Positions 1 to 9,705 of a DNA stretch of 64,000 nucleotides are shown piece by piece (position 1 is the stretch's first letter; every line of letters begins with the position of its first letter). Source of the DNA: Nitrosopumilus sp. (GTDB lineage Archaea > Thermoproteota > Nitrososphaeria > Nitrososphaerales > Nitrosopumilaceae); the NCBI GenBank assembly GCA_963667665.2, contig OY763927.2:1760001-1824000 (forward strand), given 5' to 3'. The translations under genes and the position numbers were made by a program. The notes under the pieces were generated by a model, which worked only from the letters and a program-made list of their open reading frames with translations, was not told the origin of the DNA and ran no database searches.

Positions 1-40
1 ATCAACTCTGACATTAATGGGAATTGAAGGACAACAATAA
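1..40 (+). CDS. 3' end of an Lrp/AsnC ligand-binding domain protein (partial)
   Basis: Frame from base 2 reads STLTLMGIEGQQ*, nearly identical to the C-terminus (STLTLMGIEGQT*) of the Lrp/AsnC protein at 31025..31264. Confidence 0.75.
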   Translation, partial: STLTLMGIEGQQ

Positions 41-205
41 TTCTTCAAAATCCTTCGCTTTTATACTCAAATTGTAATACAATACATCCCTTCAAAAAAC
101 ATGTCCCCCAAAGGGATACCGCACTGAGAGGATAGTTCACCACCTCTCAGTAGAATTATTATAAATCAAATTATGATGTGATGTTTTTTTGATAAAAGAA
201 TATGA

Positions 206-553
206 TTAGAGAGCTTCAGAACCACTCTTTTTAGATACAATATTCATTACACTATCAACACTTGTCACAATTATAATTCCGTCTCCACTATTTCCAGTAT
301 AAGCAGCATCTGCAATAGCTGATGTTATTGATTCAACTTTATCGTCATCAACTACTGTAGTTATAGTTGATACCTTGTTGTATTCAGCTTCAATGGTTCC
401 TGTTCCTCTTCTTGATCTAATTGTATGTCTTTTTCCAGAACCGCGTCCATCGTCATCCATTATGGTAAAACCTCCTACTTTGTCTTTAATTGCCTCAGAA
501 ACTATAGATACTCTATCTGTTTGTATGGTTGCTTCAATTCGTTTCATTTTCAT
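206..553 (-). CDS. glnB: P-II family nitrogen regulatory protein
   Basis: MKRIEATI start, T-loop with Tyr (EAEY), AAYTGNSGDGIIIV B-loop motif. Confidence 0.9.
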   Translation of the reverse strand: MKMKRIEATIQTDRVSIVSEAIKDKVGGFTIMDDDGRGSGKRHTIRSRRGTGTIEAEYNKVSTITTVVDDDKVESITSAIADAAYTGNSGDGIIIVTSVDSVMNIVSKKSGSEAL

Positions 554-603
554 TTCTTTTTAACTAATGTTTAAAAAAGATCATATGTTTTCATTCAAAT
601 TTC

Positions 604-849
604 ATGATACACATGAATGATTGGTTATTTCATAATCCTCTGAGCTTTTTAGTATTGAAAAAAAGGAAAATTATGAAAAGTGATGAAAAAAGATCTCATA
701 GACTAAATTATCTTTTAAAGTGTTATTTGATGAACCCTCAAGAAATTGATCTCTATAAAAAAGCCAAACAAATGGGAGTGTCTGATTTTACTGCAAAGGA
801 TTACATTCGAACAGTCATTATACAAGCCCAAAAAATCTACTCAAAATAG
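604..849 (+). CDS. small hypothetical protein (real start probably ATG at 673)
   Basis: ORF track; short helical protein from MKSDEKRS. Confidence 0.55.
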   Translation: MIHMNDWLFHNPLSFLVLKKRKIMKSDEKRSHRLNYLLKCYLMNPQEIDLYKKAKQMGVSDFTAKDYIRTVIIQAQKIYSK

Positions 850-960
850 TTTTAGGTGTTTAATTCAAAAAATAGAATTAAATCAGCTTTTTCTCAAAAA
901 GAAATCAATAGCAATCTTAAACAAGGAATTCATAAATAATCAATATGAGAGAAAACACAC

Positions 961-1644
961 ATGAATGATTCATTGCTTGATGATGTAAAGGCTCTTTTAG
1001 ACAAAGACTTTGGAGATGACAGAATTTTAAAGCAAATTTGTAGAGCATGTGAAAACGATGAAGTAATTAGTAATTATGAACGAAATTATGTTAGAAAATT
1101 AGCTGAAAAACATCTAGGAAAAAGGCCTGAAATAGTTCAAACCCCAATACCTGATGAAGCAAAACCAATAATTCCAGATGTTGTAATCCCAGAACCACCT
1201 ACAATTCAAAATATTCAAACATTTCAACCTCCACCACGAATATCTTCTTCTAATTCAAAAAATTCAAAATTAATGTTAGGTATTGGTGGAGTTGCCTTGG
1301 TAATAATTATTGTAGTAGCAGCTTCATTTAGTGGTGTTTCTGATGTAACACCACCTAATCCAATTTCAGATACATTATCAATTCAAACTGATTTATCATC
1401 TTATGACAAAAAAGATATAATTTCAATTAGTGGCGTATCTGATACTACTGGAATTGTTAACCTCTCAATTGAAAATAAAAATAATGAACTTGTATGGGCA
1501 GAACAGGTTTCTCTAAAAAGTGATGGAAGATATTCAACATTAGCTATTGCTGGAGGTCCTGGATGGGAAAGTTCTGGTACATATACAATCAATATAGATA
1601 ATGGTATAGAAATAAAGTCAAACACATTTTCATTTACTGCTTAA
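961..1644 (+). CDS. membrane-anchored hypothetical protein
   Basis: N-terminal helical domain, Pro-rich linker, one TM helix (LMLGIGGVALVIIIVVAA), Ig-like C-terminal beta domain. Confidence 0.75.
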   Translation: MNDSLLDDVKALLDKDFGDDRILKQICRACENDEVISNYERNYVRKLAEKHLGKRPEIVQTPIPDEAKPIIPDVVIPEPPTIQNIQTFQPPPRISSSNSKNSKLMLGIGGVALVIIIVVAASFSGVSDVTPPNPISDTLSIQTDLSSYDKKDIISISGVSDTTGIVNLSIENKNNELVWAEQVSLKSDGRYSTLAIAGGPGWESSGTYTINIDNGIEIKSNTFSFTA

Positions 1645-2221
1645 TTTTTTCAAATTCTTTCCAATGAGAATCAACTATATCTCTAAGCTTCTCTACACTA
1701 ATTTCTTCCATATATTCACGATAAACTATGAATTTGTTTTGTCTACCTGAATCTTCACCAAAAATATCATTAGTATTTTTTGGAATTGCACCTGATTTCC
1801 ATTGATTCATCTCAAAAATCCATATTGTTGAATCTGGATTTGAAAAATCAATATCATCACATCCTACAACGTAAAGAAAACATTTTGTTGATTGATTTAA
1901 CTTTTCATGTAATTTTTCATATGCTATCATTTGGCCTTTTGCAATGTTGATCTTATCATTATGAAATCCTTTGAATTCCAAGATGACAAAACCTCCTCTA
2001 TGTTCAATAAGCCAATCTATGTCAGTTCCACCTGAAGCAATCATTCCATGCACAATTAGATCACCTAATACCTCTCTTCCACGAGTAAATTCTGACTCGT
2101 CAAAAATCTGGTATTTTGCCTTTTGGCTTTTACGGATAATTTGTTTAGAATTATGATCAGAATGATTTGGATTCTCCTTTTCATACAGATTATCAATCAA
2201 TTCGTTTGTTTCATTTGCCAT
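1634..2221 (-). CDS. hypothetical protein with PD-(D/E)XK nuclease-like motif
   Basis: TDIDWLIEHRGGFVILEFK matches the D...E-x-K pattern. Confidence 0.6.
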   Translation of the reverse strand: MANETNELIDNLYEKENPNHSDHNSKQIIRKSQKAKYQIFDESEFTRGREVLGDLIVHGMIASGGTDIDWLIEHRGGFVILEFKGFHNDKINIAKGQMIAYEKLHEKLNQSTKCFLYVVGCDDIDFSNPDSTIWIFEMNQWKSGAIPKNTNDIFGEDSGRQNKFIVYREYMEEISVEKLRDIVDSHWKEFEKIKQ

Positions 2222-2290
2222 AATTTTGGAATTTTTAATGGATGATAAGAGAGTTTGTGAAATTTAGTAAAGTTAAACTATTTTTCTGAT

Positions 2291-2512
2291 TTATCTACAG
2301 AAAAATTCTCCCCCTGCGCCTTTATATAAAATAAAATATTCATCTTGATTTTTTCGCTCTTTTTTAGCATTCAAAGCATCTTGATACATTTCAAAATGTT
2401 CAACTAAATACAATTGATTTTCAGAATCTGCAAAATAATCTAATCCCACTAAATCAAATCCTGTTTCAGGAGTTAACTTGATCTTTTCTTTTTCAAAAGT
2501 ATCTTCAGTCAA
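2291..2512 (-). CDS. hypothetical protein
   Basis: 73-aa ORF co-oriented downstream of tbp. Confidence 0.6.
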   Translation of the reverse strand: MTEDTFEKEKIKLTPETGFDLVGLDYFADSENQLYLVEHFEMYQDALNAKKERKNQDEYFILYKGAGGEFFCR

Positions 2513-2553
2513 TTTACAATTTATTGAAATATTAAAATTTAGAAAAATTATTA

Positions 2554-3111
2554 TTAATAAATCATTAGATCTTTTTCTTCTAATAATGAATGCAAGTTAT
2601 GGACAGAACGATAAACATCTGATTCTTTTTTAGCACCTGTACATACCAATTTTCCTGATGCAAATAACAATATCACTGTTTTTGGATCGAGCATTCTATG
2701 AATCAGTCCAGGAAATTGTTCTGGTTCATACATACTTCTTGGTAATGTTCTTGCTGCTTTTTCTAAGTGAATTTTTCCACCAAGATTAATTGCAGCTACT
2801 ATATTTTGAACTGTAATTACTGCATCTTTTTTTACTTTTACTTTTCCCTTTCTTAGTTTTTGAACTACGGTGTTTACAGCTTTGATTGCCATCTCTTCAG
2901 ATTTGGCACCAGTACATACCATCTTTCCTGTTCTAAAAATTAAAGTTGCAGTTCTAGGTATCTTTAATCTAAAAACAAGTCCTGGAAATTGTTCAGGGTG
3001 ATATTCAGTATCTGGAAATTTTTTTGTAATTTCAATTAGATCAAGTTTTTGGTCAACTGATGCAGATGCAACTACGTTCTCAACACTAACAATTGGCTTT
3101 GTTTGAGGCAT
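2554..3111 (-). CDS. tbp: TATA-box-binding protein
   Basis: Two TBP repeats (ENVVAS..YHPEQFPGLVFR; QNIVAA..YEPEQFPGLIHR). Confidence 0.98.
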   Translation of the reverse strand: MPQTKPIVSVENVVASASVDQKLDLIEITKKFPDTEYHPEQFPGLVFRLKIPRTATLIFRTGKMVCTGAKSEEMAIKAVNTVVQKLRKGKVKVKKDAVITVQNIVAAINLGGKIHLEKAARTLPRSMYEPEQFPGLIHRMLDPKTVILLFASGKLVCTGAKKESDVYRSVHNLHSLLEEKDLMIY

Positions 3112-3176
3112 AATATGGGTCTTTAAATAGCCCTGTATATATACTAGTCAAGTATTTTCTGGAAATTCAGGTTTTT

Positions 3177-3680
3177 CTAATGATGTCCAATCCATTGGTA
3201 ACGATATTCTTCATCAATGATATCTGCTACTATTTCCTTGTTTTTGATTTTTGTTTTAGGTAAATCTACCTCAAAGAATCCTGGTTGACCCTTCAATGGA
3301 ATTGGAATTCTAAATGATTTTACATTTTTTAACATAAATCCAAATGTTTTTTCATGAAAATTTTTTGAAGCTAAATGAAATTTTTGATCTATTTTTATTT
3401 CCTTTACTGAATTATATTTTTTCACTTCATAAAGTTCTGCTTTGCCAATTATTGCACCTATAACTAATTTTTTATTTATTTTTAATCTCCTACAATCTTC
3501 AGTTCTAATTTTAATTGGAGCATGAATCAAAAATTCTCCTCGAAAATTTGTATTCCAATTTCTTAACTCAATAATTTTTTTACCTGATATTATTAAATCT
3601 GCAAATGGTTGTGATACTGATAGACATTTCAAAATATCATTCAGTAGCTGCTTTAATAAATTCCCCAGGATTTTTACCAA
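3177..3680 (-). CDS. ASCH domain protein (true start probably near 3632)
   Basis: LSVSQPFADLIISGKKIIELRNW..RGEFLIHA ASCH signature. Confidence 0.85.
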   Translation of the reverse strand: MVKILGNLLKQLLNDILKCLSVSQPFADLIISGKKIIELRNWNTNFRGEFLIHAPIKIRTEDCRRLKINKKLVIGAIIGKAELYEVKKYNSVKEIKIDQKFHLASKNFHEKTFGFMLKNVKSFRIPIPLKGQPGFFEVDLPKTKIKNKEIVADIIDEEYRYQWIGHH

Positions 3681-5178
3681 TTCCTTCAGGCAAATTTGTT
3701 ATTCCACCATTCAAGCTTTCAGTTACTATGCCTTTGCTTGCAAGAACTTGTGCAGTCATTAATGATGTATTTCCAGCCATGCAAATTAGTAATGATTTAC
3801 CTTTAGAGCCATCTAGTTCTTTGCTAAGCTCTTCTGGAATTTGCTGTGTTGATAATAATTCATTGATAGTACTTGCTTTTGAGATTGCAATTTTTTCTTT
3901 ATCTATTCCTAAAGATTTAGCAATCATTTCAATTCCTGCTTCTTTTGGAGTATATTGAGGATGGACCCATATTATTTTATCATAATCTTGAACACTAGAT
4001 ACTGCTTCATCCAATGAAACTTGAATACGCTGATTCTTGAACATTGCCTCTAGATTTTTTCTATATTTTTCTATGCCATCGGCAACTACAACTATGAATT
4101 TTCCTTTATCACCATCACTTACCATTTCTAATACTGTGTATAGTGCAAGTGCAGTACTTTCACCAATATTGTGACCCTTTTCTACAAAAAATTTTAGCAG
4201 ATGTTTGGCCTGTCCAAAATCTATCTCATGTTCAGCAGCATATGCATCTGGGTTGTACAACTTTAATCCCTCAGCTTTAGCCTTTGTTCTGATTCCTGCA
4301 ACATCTTGACCTGCTGGTGGAAATACTACATGTATTGCCTTTTTCCCATATTTTTCATTCATGTATTTACTTAATCCACCAGATGTGCCTCCTGTTCCAA
4401 AGGAACAAACTAATCTGTAGTCTTCCAATGAATCTCCATTTTCATGTAATTGTTGGTCAATTTCTACTGCAGTAATTGTTCTATGAGCATCAATGTTTAA
4501 TTCATTATCATATTGTTCTGGACAAAAGCAACCATAAATTTTTGAAATTAGTTTTGCGAGATTAATAATATCTTCTGCAGCCAATAGTTTTTCAATTTCC
4601 TCAATAGACTCATCAAATTTTGTAGGATCAAAACCCAATTCAGATAATTGAGAACGAATGTTTACCGCAGTTGCTTTTGCTTTTAAAACATCAGCATCAC
4701 TATCTTTCATTCCGGGAGCAGGACAAATATCCATGTCTAGATCCATTATGCGAATATTTTCATTTCTTAATTCCTTAAAGACTCCTTCTTGTAATTTTCT
4801 TGAAACAAGAGAAACAACAGTCAATCCTAGTTTTGACATTTGACCAAGAGCAATTCCAAAATTTCCTGATGTTGCTTCAATTATTGTTTGATTGCTTTTC
4901 AACTTTCCTGTTTTAATTGCATCATGCATAATGTAAATGGCAGGTCTGATTTTGATTGAACCTGATATCAAGTTAGAATCAAATTTTCCATATACTTTCA
5001 AGTCCAAATCTGAAATATCTAATTTGTAAAGATTTTTTGCACATTCCTTAAAATCACTAGTAAGATCAATTAACGGTGTTGCATTGATTACTTTACCTTC
5101 TTCTAAATGTGGAATTTTATTCCATATCTCTTGTTCAAAGCGTTCAAGAAGTACGTTATCAATATTGGTTCCTTCCAA
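3637..5178 (-). CDS. PLP-dependent cysteine synthase family protein fused to a C-terminal rhodanese domain
   Basis: SGSIKIR PLP lysine, EATSGNFG, GTGGT; C-terminal LLICMAGNTS..SLNGGI rhodanese loop. Confidence 0.85.
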   Translation of the reverse strand: MEGTNIDNVLLERFEQEIWNKIPHLEEGKVINATPLIDLTSDFKECAKNLYKLDISDLDLKVYGKFDSNLISGSIKIRPAIYIMHDAIKTGKLKSNQTIIEATSGNFGIALGQMSKLGLTVVSLVSRKLQEGVFKELRNENIRIMDLDMDICPAPGMKDSDADVLKAKATAVNIRSQLSELGFDPTKFDESIEEIEKLLAAEDIINLAKLISKIYGCFCPEQYDNELNIDAHRTITAVEIDQQLHENGDSLEDYRLVCSFGTGGTSGGLSKYMNEKYGKKAIHVVFPPAGQDVAGIRTKAKAEGLKLYNPDAYAAEHEIDFGQAKHLLKFFVEKGHNIGESTALALYTVLEMVSDGDKGKFIVVVADGIEKYRKNLEAMFKNQRIQVSLDEAVSSVQDYDKIIWVHPQYTPKEAGIEMIAKSLGIDKEKIAISKASTINELLSTQQIPEELSKELDGSKGKSLLICMAGNTSLMTAQVLASKGIVTESLNGGITNLPEGIGKNPGEFIKAATE

Positions 5179-5206
5179 AAGTCTTTCTCCTCAAAATTCT
5201 AATAAA

Positions 5207-6769
5207 TTATCCTTCTAAAATACTAATCACTTTACTTGGAATATCGTTTAGTCTACTAACTGCCATAGTTTTTTCATATCCTAAATGTTTGAGATTATTT
5301 GCTATAGTAGTAGCCCTTATCGTATTTGGACCCAAGCCTAAAGCCACCATATTGATACCTAGCCCTTTTAGAGATTTTGTCATATTTCTTACTGCATTAG
5401 GATCTGATGGTTCACCATCTGTTAATGTCAAAAAAATATCTGGTCTTTTTGATTGTAACATTGGAAACATTTTATCATAAACTTCTGCTAGAGGAGTTGA
5501 TCCATTAGCAACGATCTGTGCTAATCGTTTTGCAGTAATATTGTTCCATTTGACATTATCTTTTTTTATAGACCAGCAAACCACAGATCTGTTTTGAGTA
5601 CTAAATGCATATACTGCAAATTTTACCTTAAGAAAAGCTAAAACTTCACAAAGTGCTAGCGTTGCCTTTTTGTATTCTAGAGAATCTGATGCAATACTTG
5701 ATGAATGATCCAACAAAATTACAATTTTTGTTTTAATTGATTTTTTTATATCTATAAAAAATGGTTCGTGTCCTTCAATGTAACTTTCTTCATCAAACTC
5801 ATCTCCAGATCTTTGATGTTGTTCTTTCCATCCATATTTCCATTCCTTAAATTTAATTTTTAATCGATTAATCAAATTTGTATCATATATTGTAGTTTCA
5901 TTTACATTTTTTATAGATGGAATTTGAATTCCTATTGCTTCTGGACTTAATCCTTTATTTTCCATTTTTTTGTTTTCATCAAGTAATACTTTATACTCAT
6001 CATAGACACTATCTCCTCTTAATATTGATTCAGAATTAGCTGAACCAAAATCTCCTTCTTTGTTTTTAGAAATTATTTTTAGAATTTTTAATAGTTCTTC
6101 TTTATTTAATGCCATTCCAGCTTTCATATACGGTAAAGATACTGGAATTGTAAGCAATGAATCAATCTCTAAAATTTTAACTATCTCACTTACATTTTTT
6201 TCAAGCCAATCAGTATCATAATTTTTCTCAATTGCTTTGGTAACATTTTTTTTTGCAAATTCAGTTGCTTTTTTAATTTTCTCAAAATGACTAGATTGAA
6301 TTTCACCTTTAATTGCACCAAACATGAAATATTGATAAAATGCCTCTACAATTCGTGCATTTCCATAAACTGTGTTTAGTTGTGGTCTTGCTATAAGCAT
6401 GTAGGCATAATTGAAGATAATTTCGTCATCCATTCCTTTCCAAATTTTTCTGCCTAATTGTTCAATTCTTCGTGTCTCCATTGTATTGAGAATGAATCCA
6501 AATGCATGATCATTACTGAGAATCTTTTTACAAAATTTTACTCTCATTGCTTCATACCACAATGAAGTTCGGAATTGACGATATTTTTGAAAATCGTTTC
6601 CAATTCTTTTTTCAAGAGGTGTTATGATAACTTTTTTTTCATTTAGTCTTGTTCTGGTTTCCATCTTATCTGAAATTTCTATAATCATTTTATCTTCTTC
6701 AGACCATCTTCTTACAAGAAATGTTCCAATCTCTACTATTGATTCATTTTGAAGTTGAATGACTTGCAT
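5207..6769 (-). CDS. von Willebrand factor A domain protein (NorD/CbbO-like)
   Basis: MIDAS motif LLDHSSSI..GSTPL..LTDGEP; adjacent to a MoxR-type ATPase. Confidence 0.85.
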   Translation of the reverse strand: MQVIQLQNESIVEIGTFLVRRWSEEDKMIIEISDKMETRTRLNEKKVIITPLEKRIGNDFQKYRQFRTSLWYEAMRVKFCKKILSNDHAFGFILNTMETRRIEQLGRKIWKGMDDEIIFNYAYMLIARPQLNTVYGNARIVEAFYQYFMFGAIKGEIQSSHFEKIKKATEFAKKNVTKAIEKNYDTDWLEKNVSEIVKILEIDSLLTIPVSLPYMKAGMALNKEELLKILKIISKNKEGDFGSANSESILRGDSVYDEYKVLLDENKKMENKGLSPEAIGIQIPSIKNVNETTIYDTNLINRLKIKFKEWKYGWKEQHQRSGDEFDEESYIEGHEPFFIDIKKSIKTKIVILLDHSSSIASDSLEYKKATLALCEVLAFLKVKFAVYAFSTQNRSVVCWSIKKDNVKWNNITAKRLAQIVANGSTPLAEVYDKMFPMLQSKRPDIFLTLTDGEPSDPNAVRNMTKSLKGLGINMVALGLGPNTIRATTIANNLKHLGYEKTMAVSRLNDIPSKVISILEG

Positions 6770-7561
6770 TTAATTACCAAACATTGAAGTAATGATGTCA
6801 CTTACTTTTTGATATTCGATGTTTCCCCACTGTGTGTAAACATTTCCAAAAACAAAATATGCTACCTCTTTTGGAGACATTTCTTTATCCAACAATTTTC
6901 CAAATGCAATTGTCTCTCTTAAGCTAGGAGAATAAAATAATTCTTCAACAGCAGCAGCTTGTCTTAATATATTTGCTAGTTTAATTGCTTGAATAATTTC
7001 TGATTCATGTTCTCCAGAAACATATTTTTTTATAATTTCTAATTCAATGTTCTCTGGTGGATATTCTAATCTAATTCGTACTGGAAATCTACTTAGTATT
7101 TGTGGTGGAAGTTCTTTTGTTCCACTATGTGTTAATGGATTTATAGTTGCAATTACAAACCAATTTTCTTTTGCTTTGATTACTTCTCCTGTTGATTCTT
7201 TTAATACAATTTGTCGTCTATCATCTAACGCTTCATCTAGTCTGAGTAAAACATCAGCTTCAGCTGAATTAATTTCATCCAAGTAAAGCATGTCTCCCTC
7301 TTTCATAGACTTTACTAAAATCCCTTCATCAAAACTCACAGTTCCATCTGTTAGTGTTTTTGTGCCAACAAGATGACTTTCTCTTGTTCTAAGGCTAAAA
7401 TTAATGGATTCTAGATTTATGCTCTTATTTTTTGCAAAATCTCTCACCAAAGATGTCTTTCCAGTTCCTTTTGGTCCTATAATGAGCACAAAAAGACCTG
7501 CTTCATACGCCTTATTCAGAATTTGATTTGAATTATTCCAATCTAGATACTGTATTTCCAA
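6770..7561 (-). CDS. CbbQ/NirQ/NorQ-type AAA+ ATPase
   Basis: Walker A GPKGTGKT, Walker B LYLDEIN, ATINP, SRF, SLRE motifs. Confidence 0.9.
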   Translation of the reverse strand: MEIQYLDWNNSNQILNKAYEAGLFVLIIGPKGTGKTSLVRDFAKNKSINLESINFSLRTRESHLVGTKTLTDGTVSFDEGILVKSMKEGDMLYLDEINSAEADVLLRLDEALDDRRQIVLKESTGEVIKAKENWFVIATINPLTHSGTKELPPQILSRFPVRIRLEYPPENIELEIIKKYVSGEHESEIIQAIKLANILRQAAAVEELFYSPSLRETIAFGKLLDKEMSPKEVAYFVFGNVYTQWGNIEYQKVSDIITSMFGN

Positions 7562-7601
7562 AGTATGTTTTCATTACTTTAAACAATATTTAATATTAGA
7601 T

Positions 7602-9059
7602 CTAATTTCTAAATGCTTCTACTTTTGTAATTGCTTCACCAAATCTCTGATGGAATGTATTATTCCATTGATCAAAACCTGATGGATCTTTTGGATAATT
7701 GTTATAATGTTCAACTAACCATTCATTTTGCTCTGATGTGTATTTCAGCGCTTTTGCAACTGTTTGATTCATCACACCTCTAATTATCATACCAATCTTT
7801 CCTAATCCCGAAAAGTCTGGATGTTCACCTTTGCTAATTGATTCAATATCCATATTTCCCAAAAAGTGTTTCATTCCATAACTGATTTGCTCATTAGTCA
7901 TTTGTTGTACTAATCCTCTAAAAAGTTCAAGACCTGCAGTTTTGTATCCATATTCTTTGATAAAGTCAAGATTGTATTGCCAAAGACTTGCTTCTGAAAC
8001 ATCATTTCCTTCTATTGCTTGCGTTACATTATTTCCAATAATTGCTCCTGCAATTAATGCTGGTCCTATTCCTCCTGCATCAATTGCTTTTGGCATCCAT
8101 GCAGAATCTCCAACTAACATGTATCCTCCAGATACCATACAATCATTTTGTCTTCTAACTGAAACTTGGAAAACTCCAGAATTATTGTTAATGTCTTCAG
8201 GATCTTCTGACAATCTTGAATTTTTGATTGCTTTGTTTCTTTCAAGATATTCTTTCATTAATGATGCTACATTGTCTTTCTTACCCAATCTTTTGTTTCT
8301 TTTATCTAAAAATGATTTTTCAACTCCTAAACCAATGTTAACTTTGTTATCTCCTTTAGGAAATACCCATCCATATCCACCTGGTGCAATATCTTGATCT
8401 AAATGAATTATACAATAATCAGGATCAAACTCTGTAAGATCTTTTTGTCCTTGATCAAAATACATAATGTATCTACCTGTAGATTCCAAATCTTTTCTGT
8501 CGATTCTTTTTTCTACTTTTGTTGAGTTCTGAAGTCCATTTCTGAGCGTAGATGTAACTCCAGTTGCATCAACTACAATTTTCGATGTTTTCTTAAATGG
8601 TTGTTTTGTTTTATTGTCAATTCCTTGAACTCCAACTACTTGCTGACCTTCATAAATCAAACCTGTAAGATTAATCTCAAATTCAAATTCAATACCCATT
8701 TTTCTGCATCTTTCATTTTGAATTTCAGGTAGCTTTTGACGATTTAACATGTATCCAGCTCCATCAAATGGAATTGCGGTTTCTCTGTCTGGTGAAAATG
8801 CCATTACACCTTTTACATCATGTTCAATTTCTGGTTTGGTCCATTGAACTTTAATTCTATTTGACATGAAATCTACTGCCTCTTTGGAACATGCATCTCC
8901 ACATACCCAACCTGCCATTGATTTTCTACCTGGTAAAAATTCTGTATTTCTATCAATAACCAAAATCTTTAGGTTTTGATTTGAATAGTGAGCAATAGAT
9001 TGAGCTGTAATTGTACCTGCAAGACCTCCACCTGCTACTATAACATCATAATCTGCCAC
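7602..9059 (-). CDS. geranylgeranyl reductase family FAD oxidoreductase
   Basis: DVIVAGGGLAG, PGGYGWVFP, LVGDSA..GGGI motifs. Confidence 0.85.
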   Translation of the reverse strand: MADYDVIVAGGGLAGTITAQSIAHYSNQNLKILVIDRNTEFLPGRKSMAGWVCGDACSKEAVDFMSNRIKVQWTKPEIEHDVKGVMAFSPDRETAIPFDGAGYMLNRQKLPEIQNERCRKMGIEFEFEINLTGLIYEGQQVVGVQGIDNKTKQPFKKTSKIVVDATGVTSTLRNGLQNSTKVEKRIDRKDLESTGRYIMYFDQGQKDLTEFDPDYCIIHLDQDIAPGGYGWVFPKGDNKVNIGLGVEKSFLDKRNKRLGKKDNVASLMKEYLERNKAIKNSRLSEDPEDINNNSGVFQVSVRRQNDCMVSGGYMLVGDSAWMPKAIDAGGIGPALIAGAIIGNNVTQAIEGNDVSEASLWQYNLDFIKEYGYKTAGLELFRGLVQQMTNEQISYGMKHFLGNMDIESISKGEHPDFSGLGKIGMIIRGVMNQTVAKALKYTSEQNEWLVEHYNNYPKDPSGFDQWNNTFHQRFGEAITKVEAFRN

Positions 9060-9149
9060 GATAATGAGGTTTGTCTATCCGTATTTAAAATAATATAATG
9101 ATAAAATGTATGGAATTCTTTAAACAAAATTCTATGATCGATTCAAAAA

Positions 9150-9220
9150 TGGGGTCGGTTCGTCGCGGCGTCTTCAAGGCTTTCGCTCAGACTGGAGCGG
9201 CTGTTATTTCCTCATTCCCA
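9150..9220 (-). ncRNA. probable box C/D methylation guide sRNA
   Basis: Minus strand: TGGG stem, box C ATGAGGA (9215-9209), D' CTGA (9190-9187), GC-GAAA-GC hairpin, C' TTGAAGA (9177-9171), D CCGA (9158-9155), CCCA stem; GC-rich island in AT-rich intergenic DNA. Confidence 0.7.
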
Positions 9221-9250
9221 AATTAAATAATTCTATTATTCCTATTTAAT

Positions 9251-9679
9251 CTAGTTGGCAATTTGAAAAATTTCTGTAAATGTTTTAACAGTATTTTTTC
9301 TGTTGTAAATTGGAGTGTAAATTTTTATTTTTATTGTTTCTTTTTCTCCAAACACAAAATTCCCTCTCATTAGTTCTTGTTTATCTAATCTCATATGAAA
9401 TCTGGAATCTATTGTCCTTTCTTCAATATCTTCAATTAATTCATTGATTTGCTCAATCGATAAAAATCCCAAAAATTTATTCATAAAGTTTTGAGCCTCT
9501 TTTTTTACAATTTCTGCATTTAACATAATTATTGGATTATCAAAATGTCCTGTGGTTTCATGAATTGTAAAATCTTTTTCTTTTAGATCTAACAATTCTT
9601 CGAAAGCCTGGAATATTTTTGAAATATCTTCTGTTACATGAATAATTACGTCAATTGATACTTCTATCTTTTCAATCAT
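9251..9679 (-). CDS. archaeal RNA-binding protein (DUF54 family)
   Basis: IIHVTED..GHFDNPI..FHMRLDKQ motifs. Confidence 0.75.
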   Translation of the reverse strand: MIEKIEVSIDVIIHVTEDISKIFQAFEELLDLKEKDFTIHETTGHFDNPIIMLNAEIVKKEAQNFMNKFLGFLSIEQINELIEDIEERTIDSRFHMRLDKQELMRGNFVFGEKETIKIKIYTPIYNRKNTVKTFTEIFQIAN

Positions 9680-9705
9680 GATTGTAAAAGAATGGTTCTA
9701 GATGT

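Noticed and set aside
746-964. 72-aa ORF
   Set aside because: Overlaps 604..849 in another frame, TTG start, no recognisable features.
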